DNA from: Parcubacteria group bacterium
GTDB lineage: Bacteria > Patescibacteriota > Minisyncoccia > Moranbacterales > UBA11712
DNA length: 64,000 nucleotides
Direction of reading: 5' to 3'
Assembly: GCA_041659685.1 (NCBI GenBank)
Contig: JBAZXV010000001.1
Span: 97,616-161,615 of the forward strand
Below the pieces are notes generated by a model. The model saw nothing but the letters and a program-made list of their open reading frames with translations. It was not told where the DNA came from and did no database searches. Numbering within the stretch: position 1 is the first letter of the stretch; each line of letters begins with the position of its first letter. Position numbers and translations under genes: made by a program. Shown piece by piece: positions 19,265 through 27,135 of the stretch.

Positions 19265-19537
19265 CTATTTATTATACCATTTTTTGATCCACCATTTCTT
19301 GAGAGCCGGCAGTGATTGCGCGGAAAGGAAATATCCGACTGTCGGAATGAGAGCGTTCCGGAAGAAATTTTGCGAACCGATTAGGAAAAACACCGCCGCA
19401 GCAATTGCGTATGTTATGAGCATTATGGAAAGCGTGCGAAACCAGCTTGTTTCCCAGGCTTTGTCCGATTCAACCCGTTGATTCCTGCTTTTCAACTCCT
19501 CAATCTGTTTTTCAATTTGTTTGATTTGTTTTTCCAT
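19265..19537 (-). CDS. Hypothetical two-TM protein
   Basis: Coiled N-terminus, RVESDKAWETS and two hydrophobic segments. Confidence 0.75.
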   Translation of the reverse strand: MEKQIKQIEKQIEELKSRNQRVESDKAWETSWFRTLSIMLITYAIAAAVFFLIGSQNFFRNALIPTVGYFLSAQSLPALKKWWIKKWYNK

Positions 19538-19574
19538 ATAATTATCCCCCGCCGGAATTGGAAGGGCGGATTTT

Positions 19575-19964
19575 TTATTGGGGCTTTACTTTAGCGGAGT
19601 CCATCTTTTTTGCGTCAGCAATTTCTTTCCATAGCATGGTTGCCGAGGCAGTCGGCTCGCCTTCCTCGTCAATTCCGGCAAGATCAGGACCATCCTCATT
19701 CATATCGACGCAAACCAAGGCATCTATTGTTTCCGTTCTTTTGTCAGAGCGCTTGCGCATAACTGTTATTGCGCCCTCCCAAAGGCTGATTTCGGGATTA
19801 TAAAAAACTTCAAGCGATTCCTGAAAAACAAGCTTGATTTTTTCAATCCTGTTTTCATCCCTGACTTCTTGGTTTTCCTGATGGGTAAGGTCAAGTTCCT
19901 GTTCGAATGTTTTTTTGGCCTGCTCTCTTGAAGTTGAAAATTTTTCTATTGAGGACATATACAA
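19575..19964 (-). CDS. Hypothetical acidic protein
   Basis: 129-aa ORF filling the gap, co-oriented. Confidence 0.6.
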   Translation of the reverse strand: MYMSSIEKFSTSREQAKKTFEQELDLTHQENQEVRDENRIEKIKLVFQESLEVFYNPEISLWEGAITVMRKRSDKRTETIDALVCVDMNEDGPDLAGIDEEGEPTASATMLWKEIADAKKMDSAKVKPQ

Positions 19965-20046
19965 GTAAATTTCAAATAATAGTGAATTCCTGACGGCGTA
20001 TTAAAATATTCTCATAAATTCAATTAAGGGCTGACAAAGGCGACGT

Positions 20047-20202
20047 TTATTTTCGCTTCCGCCTGATGGCTTCCTCTATTTTTTTAAAAACTATTTTTAC
20101 GATCAAGACAGATAATATTCCAATAAAAACATAAAGCCAAATCACCGGAGTGAAAAATCCTTTCCAGAACGGTGTCATGATTTGCCAGTAAGTTAAGTGC
20201 AT
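20047..20202 (-). CDS. Small single-TM protein (51 aa, not in the ORF track)
   Basis: MHLTYWQIMTPFWKGFFTPVIWLYVFIGILSVLIVKIVFKKIEEAIRRKRK*. Confidence 0.55.
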   Translation of the reverse strand: MHLTYWQIMTPFWKGFFTPVIWLYVFIGILSVLIVKIVFKKIEEAIRRKRK

Positions 20203-20285
20203 AAATTATTTAACATGCTGCGTAATTATTATATTCCCAAAACCCCAAACCCGAAAGCGGTTATTTTTAAAATCCAATTTTCCCT

Positions 20286-20322
20286 AATTTAGCAAAATTA
20301 TACGGCCGTGGGATTATGATGG
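20286..20322. repeat. 37-bp direct repeat, copy 1 (imperfect palindrome around ACGGCCGT)
   Basis: AATTTAGCAAAATTATACGGCCGTGGGATTATGATGG; 35/37 identical to 20966-21002. Confidence 0.9.
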
Positions 20323-20325
20323 TTT

Positions 20326-20883
20326 TTATTTCTTGAAAAAATGTCTTTTGATCATAGCCTCATTGTCGATCTTAATTGCGGTGACTACCCGGACATACGA
20401 CCGGGCCGAGTATATTTCGACCAAATCCGAAATTGGTTTTTCGAAAGGGTGCGGAGACACAAAAACGCTATGTTGGAGTTTCAAAAATTTCAGGTTTCGG
20501 AGGTGCTCGCGCAAAATATCGCGGAACAAGCGGTTATTCTCGGGAATATCAAACAAAACGAGCCGCCATTTTCCATCCCAACGTTTCGGTTTTTTGAAAT
20601 TTATGGAACTTCCCAGCAAGCTCAATATCTTCGCCTCCCGCTTTCCATTTTTTGTCAGGACAAGCTTGAAGGATCCGTCAGGAAGCCTCTTCTCTTCGAG
20701 CAATTTTTCGTCGGACAGTCGGCGGATTGATCGGGCGAAAGTCTGCTGATTTATCTTTCGCCATTCTCTTTTGATAAGGCGGATGTTTTTATAGTATTGG
20801 CGAGGATTTCGGGAAAATCCCAATGCAACGCCTCCCAAAAGCGCCAACAGTATCTTTCTTTTTACTGGCCCTATTTTATACAT
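20326..20883 (-). CDS. PaaX-like wHTH plus Cas2-like (ferredoxin-fold) protein
   Basis: LTKNG wing, WDGKWRLVLFDIPE..R..FR..L..L.F..LQHSVFVSP. Confidence 0.85.
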   Translation of the reverse strand: MYKIGPVKRKILLALLGGVALGFSRNPRQYYKNIRLIKREWRKINQQTFARSIRRLSDEKLLEEKRLPDGSFKLVLTKNGKREAKILSLLGSSINFKKPKRWDGKWRLVLFDIPENNRLFRDILREHLRNLKFLKLQHSVFVSPHPFEKPISDLVEIYSARSYVRVVTAIKIDNEAMIKRHFFKK

Positions 20884-20889
20884 GAATAT

Positions 20890-20924
20890 AGTTTAGCATT
20901 TTCCAACGGCCGTATCAAAATGCT
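20890..20924 (-). promoter_or_regulatory. Promoter TTGATA-17-TAAACT overlapped by a 30-bp palindromic putative operator
   Basis: AGCATTTT-CCA-ACGGCCGT-ATC-AAAATGCT at 20895-20924; the -10 ends 6 nt before the ATG. Confidence 0.65.
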
Positions 20925-20965
20925 GAGTTTATATGCGGTGTTGAGGATGGATTCTTAGTTTAATG

Positions 20966-21002
20966 AATTTAGCAAAATAATACGGCCGTGGAATTATGAT
21001 GG
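20966..21002. repeat. 37-bp direct repeat, copy 2
   Basis: AATTTAGCAAAATAATACGGCCGTGGAATTATGATGG. Confidence 0.9.
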
Positions 21003-21081
21003 GTTTTGTTGGGTGAAAGATGGGCGTGGTTTTTACTCCCTTGCCGAAAGCAAGTGTTTAATAACATTTTTTTCTCCTAAA

Positions 21082-21327
21082 TTACTTTTTTTTGGAATTC
21101 GATGACAACTTGGTATTCTTGAGAAAAAAAATGAGACTTGCGAGAAACGCCAAGAATATTATCGGCAGGAGAAGAATTGCATCGGATGCCAAATCAATAT
21201 CTTCCCTATCCGGAATTTTATGGGAAATAATTGCTCTCCACACCAAAAATCCAAAGAGTAAAGCCGCGAACGCACCATTGGCAATGCCCATTAATCTATT
21301 GTTATATCTTTTTATTTCTTTCCTCAT
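21082..21327 (-). CDS. Hypothetical two-TM protein
   Basis: 81 aa with two hydrophobic helices. Confidence 0.6.
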   Translation of the reverse strand: MRKEIKRYNNRLMGIANGAFAALLFGFLVWRAIISHKIPDREDIDLASDAILLLPIIFLAFLASLIFFLKNTKLSSNSKKK

Positions 21328-21338
21328 ATTTATTTTTA

Positions 21339-21428
21339 TTATAAAGTTAAGCTTTAGGAGTAGTTTCTATAGGCGTTGTTTCGAATATCTCAAACTTCGC
21401 TATTTATTCCTAAAGCAGAACTTTAGAA
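21339..21428. repeat. Inverted pair of 21-bp palindromic units with an internal stem
   Basis: TTATAAA-GTTAAGC-TTTAGGA ... TCCTAAA-GCAGAAC-TTTAGAA. Confidence 0.7.
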
Positions 21429-21440
21429 ATAATCATTTTT

Positions 21441-21836
21441 TCAATTCAAATATGTGATTGTGAGTTGCAAAATAGTGGCAAAGAAGACCCACAAGAGATA
21501 CGGAAGATTCACAAGGGCAACCCAGCGCATATGCGGATAAATGGCGATCATCGCCCAGACAAGCGTCCCCAGCACCAGCATGATATCAGCCGCCGCAAGA
21601 AGATTGTTTTGCAGTCCGAATTGGATCGGCGAGAAGGCGAAATTGAAAATAAGATTCAGCGCGAAAGGCAAAGCGGCAAGCCAAGGAATTTTTCGGTTGA
21701 AAGCCCTCCAAAACACGGCGCCGAAGCTCGCGGCAATTATCGCGTACAAGATCGTCCACACCGGGCCGAAAAGCCAGCTCGGCGGCGCCCAGGAGGGTTT
21801 GATCAAGTTTTGGTACCAGGTATATGTTTTATTCAT
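21441..21836 (-). CDS. tspO: TspO/MBR family protein
   Basis: WYQNLIKPSWAPPSWLFGPVWTILY..LN..FS.IQFG..PYLLWV.FA. Confidence 0.93.
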   Translation of the reverse strand: MNKTYTWYQNLIKPSWAPPSWLFGPVWTILYAIIAASFGAVFWRAFNRKIPWLAALPFALNLIFNFAFSPIQFGLQNNLLAAADIMLVLGTLVWAMIAIYPHMRWVALVNLPYLLWVFFATILQLTITYLN

Positions 21837-21844
21837 AATATTCC

Positions 21845-21944
21845 ATCCCCCGCCGGAATTACGTAATTAATGAAATTTAATTGTTACGCAGCGTGTTGCG
21901 TAACATCGGCTCGGGGAGTTTTTCCCTAAAGTGAAATTTATGGA
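21845..21944. repeat. Modular intergenic repeat (CCCCGCCGGAA, 12-bp palindromes, degenerate 21-bp unit)
   Basis: ATCCCCCGCCGG, AATTACGTAATT, TGTTACGCAGCG, TGTTGCGTAACA, TCCCTAAAGTGAAATTTATGGA. Confidence 0.75.
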
Positions 21945-22537
21945 CGGTTATTCAAATATTTTTCGGGAAATTTTCCGCGTTCTTCGAGAAAATGATCATA
22001 TCTCGCCTGGAACGATTTCTTGACTTCCGGCAGAACTATTTTTCTGTTCCAGTCCTTGTTTGCTTTTCGGATATCGTCTTCCAAGAGTTCTTCGGGTTCT
22101 ATCTGAGGTTGTTCATTCCACCAAAGTAGGTAGAACGGGCCCACGAAATGCGAGGCGCCATCGGCCGAGGAAACTATTTTTGTTTCGAGAGAGGCAGTGC
22201 TCAGGTCGATGTCCATGCTTTTGTCCATAAGTCCGACCAGCTCAAGGGCTTTTCGGATAAAATCTTCCGCAAAACCGATTTCAAGAAGCTTCTTCCGGCC
22301 TTCCGTCTGGGTGGTCTCATGGCGTTTTTCGAAGTTGATGAGCTTTCCGTAGTCGTGCAGCCAAACCGCGGTCAGGACGAGATCGCGGTCGGCAGCTTTG
22401 TAAATGTTGCATAGTTCCATGGCAATCTTCTCGACGATTTCGAGGTGATATTTAACGAACCATTTGTGGTGGACGAAATCTGGGTTTCTAGAAAGCTCTA
22501 TGACATGTTTTTTGAATTTCTGGATTTTTTCGTTCAT
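21938..22537 (-). CDS. HD-domain protein
   Basis: HLEIV..LHDYGK..H..ADG. Confidence 0.85.
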   Translation of the reverse strand: MNEKIQKFKKHVIELSRNPDFVHHKWFVKYHLEIVEKIAMELCNIYKAADRDLVLTAVWLHDYGKLINFEKRHETTQTEGRKKLLEIGFAEDFIRKALELVGLMDKSMDIDLSTASLETKIVSSADGASHFVGPFYLLWWNEQPQIEPEELLEDDIRKANKDWNRKIVLPEVKKSFQARYDHFLEERGKFPEKYLNNRP

Positions 22538-22550
22538 GAGATATTATTAA

Positions 22551-22588
22551 TTCCTAAAGTTGAACTTCGGGAGTCTTAATGTTAGGAA
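22551..22588. repeat. 21-bp palindromic unit plus a half unit
   Basis: TTCCTAAAGTTGAACTTCGGGAG-TCTTAAT-GTTAGGAA. Confidence 0.7.
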
Positions 22589-22595
22589 GAATTAA

Positions 22596-23684
22596 TTAGG
22601 ATTTTTCTTGATCGCTGCCACGCATCGCGGCTTCGAAATAATCTTTCAATCTGACCAGATGCTTTTCAAATCCTCCGATGTCAATTTTATAATCCTCTTT
22701 GTCAGGATTAACGAAGCTGTCCACTAGTATCCGCACGTATTCCTTTTTTAGTTCTCTGTATAATTTAATGAATTTCGCGACTTCCTCCGCCGGCATATTT
22801 TGAGCCATTTCATTGACTGAAATAAGGGGTGGATCGAACGATTTGACCATATAGTCATCTCTCCTCGGATCTTTTTTTGAAAAATCGTTGGCGGTGAAAT
22901 AGAAAAATTTCCGATCCGCTTTAAAAAGAGAGTTGAACAGCTCCTGGTCCTCTTCGGGAACATCCCCGCGGAATTTAAAGCCCTGTCCGATAGTGGTCGG
23001 GTCACGAAACAGGCGAAGCATCCTGCCTTGATCGCCTTGTCCGCTGACGGTCAGTCTCTGCTGAATAATATCTTCAACATGAGACTGGATGATACTTGGA
23101 TTGACATGGGTCCGGCTTTTCCCGTCGAGAGACAGCAGATGAGGAATTTCTTTTTCCGAATCGCCGCTCAAATCTTCAGTGAGCAGATGATATACGAAGC
23201 GTCCTATTCTCCCGTTCGCATCGCCATAGGCGTGGATGGCATTGATCGAAATGGCAAGCACGAGAGCGATATCCCCTAGGTCCCGTCCGTCTCGATTCAT
23301 TTTTTGAGACGCCTGCAGAATTTCGCCTAATAATCCCGGCTTGTCTTCGTGAAACGGGGGCGTATATAGGTTAATTCCGAACGGCGAAGCCACCTCCACG
23401 TCCTCGCCGTCCATGCCCCAGTCTCCCTTTTTCTTATTTCTCAAAATTCCATTCAATCCATTTAGAAGTTCAATAAAATCTTTTTCGGAAAGATTTTCAA
23501 TAAATTCGCGTTTGTTACCTTCGGTTGAGAATACCTCTACGAAAGATTTTCCCTGAAAAGATTTGATATTTTTTGCGGAATCAATAAAACGTAAAAAAAC
23601 ATCGGCTCGTTTTGTGCGATCCGTACCTTGATCATCGACATCAATGCCATATTTCTTCGGTAATTTTTTATTTATATCCTCCAT
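22596..23684 (-). CDS. Fic-domain protein
   Basis: IHAYGDANGRIGR matches the Fic HxFx(D/E)(G/A)NGRxxR motif. Confidence 0.85.
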   Translation of the reverse strand: MEDINKKLPKKYGIDVDDQGTDRTKRADVFLRFIDSAKNIKSFQGKSFVEVFSTEGNKREFIENLSEKDFIELLNGLNGILRNKKKGDWGMDGEDVEVASPFGINLYTPPFHEDKPGLLGEILQASQKMNRDGRDLGDIALVLAISINAIHAYGDANGRIGRFVYHLLTEDLSGDSEKEIPHLLSLDGKSRTHVNPSIIQSHVEDIIQQRLTVSGQGDQGRMLRLFRDPTTIGQGFKFRGDVPEEDQELFNSLFKADRKFFYFTANDFSKKDPRRDDYMVKSFDPPLISVNEMAQNMPAEEVAKFIKLYRELKKEYVRILVDSFVNPDKEDYKIDIGGFEKHLVRLKDYFEAAMRGSDQEKS

Positions 23685-23726
23685 AGAACGTCGAATGCAT
23701 ATTTATATTAGTAGTTTCGTTACTTG

Positions 23727-23851
23727 CCCCGCTGGAAATACGTATTTAAATACGTAACTTGCTACGTAACAGATTTTATTTCTAAATTTTAAAGCCCGAG
23801 AACGATTGTTTTTCAAACCCCAGGCTAGTTTCCTAACATTGAATGTTAGGA
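23727..23851. repeat. Modular intergenic repeat
   Basis: CCCCGCTGG, then AAATACGTATTT AAATACGTAACT TGCTACGTAACA (period 12), then TCCTAACATTGAATGTTAGGA. Confidence 0.8.
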
Positions 23852-23862
23852 GAGGTTGAGGT

Positions 23863-24297
23863 TTATTCATTTTTTGTCACCAATCGCAATAATTCGTCGG
23901 GATAACTTTCTTCCAATTTGTTGCAACTGCCGCGGCCAAGCTTCGTTAATGGTCGATAGCGCATAAAGCGATGATAAACATCCTCAACGTTCATTTCCGT
24001 GAATTCAGCGCTGTCTAATTGCGAGTTTACTAATTGAAAAATTTGGCTATTATTTTCTATTAAAACGGTGTTGATATAACGTCCCGTGACGTCTTTCGGT
24101 TTTCCTATTGCTACCTAATAACCTTTTCAACCAGCCATCATCGAGGCTAAAGTAGTGAGAGACAAACAGCCCCAGTGGTCAAACAAGCTGTCTTTGCAGA
24201 TATGTTCAACTAAACCCTGATTTTTATGCAAGAATATCTTGATCTTTTTGAACGTCGCCTGTTCACCTTCTTTAAGTTTATCCTTTATTTTTTCCAT
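23863..24297 (-). pseudogene. Degraded hypothetical gene (145 codons with in-frame TGA and TAG)
   Basis: MEKIKDKLKE...MMAG*KGY*VAIGKPKDVTGRYINTVLIE...LVTKNE* in one frame, filling the space between two repeat units. Confidence 0.55.
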
Positions 24298-24311
24298 ATT
24301 CTTCTATTTCA

Positions 24312-24332
24312 TCCTAACGTTAAATGTTGGGA
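24312..24332. repeat. 21-bp palindromic unit
   Basis: TCCTAAC-GTTAAAT-GTTGGGA. Confidence 0.7.
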
Positions 24333-24335
24333 AAG

Positions 24336-24653
24336 TTATCGAAAAATAATCAGACTAAGAACCATCAACACGAGGAACACGAACAGCCAGAGAAGGGTGA
24401 AACTAAAAAGCGTCAAAGCCTCTTTCTTTTTGCCTTCCATATACATGAGCACCGGTTTTCCCAAGACGAGCGCGCCGGATACCGCCGCCGAAAGGACAAA
24501 AAGCAGGAGAAAAGTGATTGGGGCGAGAATTTTGTTGTCGGGGGCGTTGCCGAAAAATCGCTCGGCGCCGCTCATCAGAAGCGCCACGAGTCCGATATAC
24601 ACCGCCTCTCCCAAGGCGCACAAGAATCCGAGTTTGATCAATTGTTTTTGCAT
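24336..24653 (-). CDS. Hypothetical three-TM membrane protein
   Basis: 105 aa; LLLFVLSAAVSGALVLGKP. Confidence 0.75.
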   Translation of the reverse strand: MQKQLIKLGFLCALGEAVYIGLVALLMSGAERFFGNAPDNKILAPITFLLLFVLSAAVSGALVLGKPVLMYMEGKKKEALTLFSFTLLWLFVFLVLMVLSLIIFR

Positions 24654-24686
24654 ATGCTTTGGTATGATTATTTATTATTTTTTTCA

Positions 24687-24759
24687 ATCCCCCGCCGAAA
24701 ATACGTATTTAATTACGTAATTATGCAATCTCCATTACCCCAACATTCAATGTTGGGGT
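24687..24759. repeat. Modular intergenic repeat
   Basis: ATCCCCCGCCG, AAATACGTATTT, AATTACGTAATT, then ACCCCAACATT-C-AATGTTGGGGT. Confidence 0.8.
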
Positions 24760-24762
24760 GGG

Positions 24763-25455
24763 TTACTCCTTATCTTCTATGTCTTCGACTTTTATTTCTT
24801 TCCCTTCCAGCTTATCAGCGTATTTCTCTTTGAGGTAATTTATAGCGTCATCAGCGGTTCTGTAGATATTCTGATTATAAGCGCCTTTGTGATCAATCAT
24901 TGTGATCCTGCCGTTTTTGTCGATCTTGCCAATGGCGAATTCTTTAATATGGTCCGGAACGATGACCATAAAGCATCGAGTTCCTTTTTTAACTGGAGCG
25001 CCGAGCACTTCTTTTATATTTTTCAAGCGCTGAACAATGGTGGAAAAAAAGAATCTGCCCTCTTCTTTTCCTTGGGTTCTCTGGGTGAAGCCCAATGACT
25101 CCATCGGGTCTTCCATATTGAATTTATAAAAGACTCCATCGGGCCAGATCTCCTTGTAAAGAGCTAATGCCGCCATATATGAAGCTTTAAATTCGACCGT
25201 TTTTTTGATTTGAGCAACACTGCCCTTGATAAAGTCATCTTCTGAAAATTCGGCAGCACGACCAGTTTCCTTTTCGATGTTTGCAAGGATCTTTTTTTTA
25301 TCCACTATTTCTCCGGCTATTCGGGCAACTTGGTCATCGGTAACCCTGATACCCGCTTCAGTAGCCAGATTTTTAATTATCTCAAGGTTACTAATTTCTC
25401 CAGGAGCGCTGTTCTCCTGTAGAATGGGGTAATTTTTAATATTTTTTGTCTCCAT
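24763..25455 (-). CDS. Hypothetical protein
   Basis: Long ORF; likely start METKN at 25455, because the upstream extension runs through repeat DNA. Confidence 0.65.
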   Translation of the reverse strand: METKNIKNYPILQENSAPGEISNLEIIKNLATEAGIRVTDDQVARIAGEIVDKKKILANIEKETGRAAEFSEDDFIKGSVAQIKKTVEFKASYMAALALYKEIWPDGVFYKFNMEDPMESLGFTQRTQGKEEGRFFFSTIVQRLKNIKEVLGAPVKKGTRCFMVIVPDHIKEFAIGKIDKNGRITMIDHKGAYNQNIYRTADDAINYLKEKYADKLEGKEIKVEDIEDKE

Positions 25456-25490
25456 ATATTTGAGATTATTTTTATTCCGAGGCGGACAAG

Positions 25491-25514
25491 TGCTACGTAG
25501 CAAGATGCGTAATT
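25491..25514. repeat. Tandem 12-bp palindromic units
   Basis: TGCTACGTAGCA AGATGCGTAATT. Confidence 0.65.
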
Positions 25515-25528
25515 CGCCAAATTTCTTT

Positions 25529-26161
25529 TTAAATACGTAGTTCTTCCCCCTCGCCCACCAGTTCTATTATATCATCTTTCACTAAAATCGCCTGTTCGTC
25601 TGTGATAATTTTGACCGGATACCCTGCTTTCGCGATTTTTTCTTGGAGAAATTCCTTCATTTCCGGCACGTAATGGGCTTTCACAAGAAACGGCACCAAA
25701 TTCATCGCCGCAAGATCCGTCACGCCGAAATTATTTTTTTCCTCGCCCGGTTTTTTCCAGGTCGACATTTCAATGGTGGGACATGCCACGTAGCTCCCGG
25801 CGCTCGCGCCGACATAAACCACGCCGCGGTCCAACAGTTTTTTGACGACCTGATCAAATCCGCTTTCGCGAACTGCCTTTAGAAGATAAAACGCGTTTCC
25901 TCCCTCGACAAGAACCGCGTCCATGCCGCCGAGCAATAATTCCAGCTCCCCTATGTTTTTACCTTCAATATCAATTTCCGTGAAATTATAGCCTTCTTTT
26001 TCGAGAAGTCTTTTGTGTTTTTCAAGATTTTCTCGATTCACGGCGCCTTTCGTTGCCGTGGTAATCCAGGCCAGTTTCATCCGGGAAACGTCCGGGAACA
26101 GGAGTTTCAAACCTTTCTTGATAACATAATCGCCGATGGACGCCAGAAGCAATGTTTTCAT
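25529..26161 (-). CDS. Peptidase E / S51 family protein
   Basis: WITTA, VEGGNAFYL, GASAG nucleophile elbow and HY. Confidence 0.88.
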   Translation of the reverse strand: MKTLLLASIGDYVIKKGLKLLFPDVSRMKLAWITTATKGAVNRENLEKHKRLLEKEGYNFTEIDIEGKNIGELELLLGGMDAVLVEGGNAFYLLKAVRESGFDQVVKKLLDRGVVYVGASAGSYVACPTIEMSTWKKPGEEKNNFGVTDLAAMNLVPFLVKAHYVPEMKEFLQEKIAKAGYPVKIITDEQAILVKDDIIELVGEGEELRI

Positions 26162-26167
26162 ATTTTA

Positions 26168-26902
26168 TTATAATCCAATCAGGCCTCGTAAGATATTCGC
26201 CTTATGTCCGGCGGCGTCAAATTTCGATTTCGAGTTTCTTAGCAACCAATAATCATATTTTTCTTCCTTTCGCCATTCCATATTGTATCCTTTTCCCTGA
26301 AGATACTCAAAAGATCTTCTTTTGGCAGCCTCGCTGATTCTTTGATATTCCGTTCTCTCGTCCTCAGTCATTTCGGACCATGATTTTTTCAGATGCTCCA
26401 GACGATCCGAAGAATTATGAATAAACGCAAAAACGCCTGGGGTAATCCGCGCTTCTCCGCCTTGTCGCAAAACTCTCAACATTTCATTCATAATAGCAAG
26501 TGTTTCCGGCTCCTCGCCGAAATCTCCCAAAAATGGCGGAGCGGCTCCCATTGAAATGATCCGATCAAAACTTGCATCAGTAAAAGGTAATTCGACGGCG
26601 TCACCGACAACTCTTCCTTTAAGATCTTTTCGCTTTGAAAATCGGAAGTCATTCGTATCAAAAGAAACAACATTTGCGTTTTGTTTTAATGCCGCTCTCT
26701 CCAAAATATTCGGTCCCGATCCAAGATCGAGTGTCCTGCCCCGGAGGTCTTCCAGATTCAAGCCGATTCTCGCTAACATTAATTTCGCTCTTTTGTCTAT
26801 TTCCTCGTCTGTCATTTTGTCGACCTTCGAAACTGCTTTTTCTGAGTCGGCTTTTGCCTGCGCTTCAAAATCTCCACGAATTATCTTCTGAAGATATTCC
26901 AT
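26168..26902 (-). CDS. Class I SAM-dependent methyltransferase
   Basis: LDLGSG, GDAVELPF.DASFD and EMLRVLRQGG. Confidence 0.88.
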   Translation of the reverse strand: MEYLQKIIRGDFEAQAKADSEKAVSKVDKMTDEEIDKRAKLMLARIGLNLEDLRGRTLDLGSGPNILERAALKQNANVVSFDTNDFRFSKRKDLKGRVVGDAVELPFTDASFDRIISMGAAPPFLGDFGEEPETLAIMNEMLRVLRQGGEARITPGVFAFIHNSSDRLEHLKKSWSEMTEDERTEYQRISEAAKRRSFEYLQGKGYNMEWRKEEKYDYWLLRNSKSKFDAAGHKANILRGLIGL

Positions 26903-27021
26903 AAGAAGATTTTTTAAGAATTAAGCAAAGTAAGTTCTTTGCAGGATAAATTGTTGACCGAGATGTATTTTAAAATACGTATTTCCTGTTTTTTCCCAAA
27001 AACAAAAGATTTTATGCCCTT

Positions 27022-27050
27022 ATTTTATCACTAACCCCGCTATTATTCAA
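27022..27050 (-). promoter_or_regulatory. sigma70 promoter at the head of the co-oriented gene array
   Basis: TTGAAT-17 bp-TAAAAT with extended TG. Confidence 0.55.
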
Positions 27051-27098
27051 GAAAATCGCGGCCATGGCGGAAATCAAAAAACAGTATCCGAATATTGG

Positions 27099-27135
27099 AA
27101 AAGCCGTCAGACGCATGCGCCGGACGGCTTTTTTT
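27099..27135. terminator. Intrinsic terminator
   Basis: AAAAGCCGTC..GACGGCTTTTTTT. Confidence 0.7.

Noticed and set aside
20286-20322. dif/Xer site (arms loosely resemble TTATGTTAAAT and CATAA)
   Set aside because: The spacer between the arms is about 16 nt, not 6-8
20286-21002. CRISPR array or cas locus, suggested by 37-bp repeats and a Cas2-like fold
   Set aside because: Only two repeats, 680 bp apart, with no 30-40-nt spacers and no cas1 or effector genes
21882-21907. Match to a class 1 integron attI1 direct-repeat sequence as I recall it (TGTTACGCAGC)
   Set aside because: The match is short, is explained by the local 12-mer family, and its spacing to a core site does not fit attI1
6688-24130. 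Alternative genetic code explaining the in-frame stops
   Set aside because: The stops are TAA, TGA and TAG in different genes, and all three terminate normal genes here
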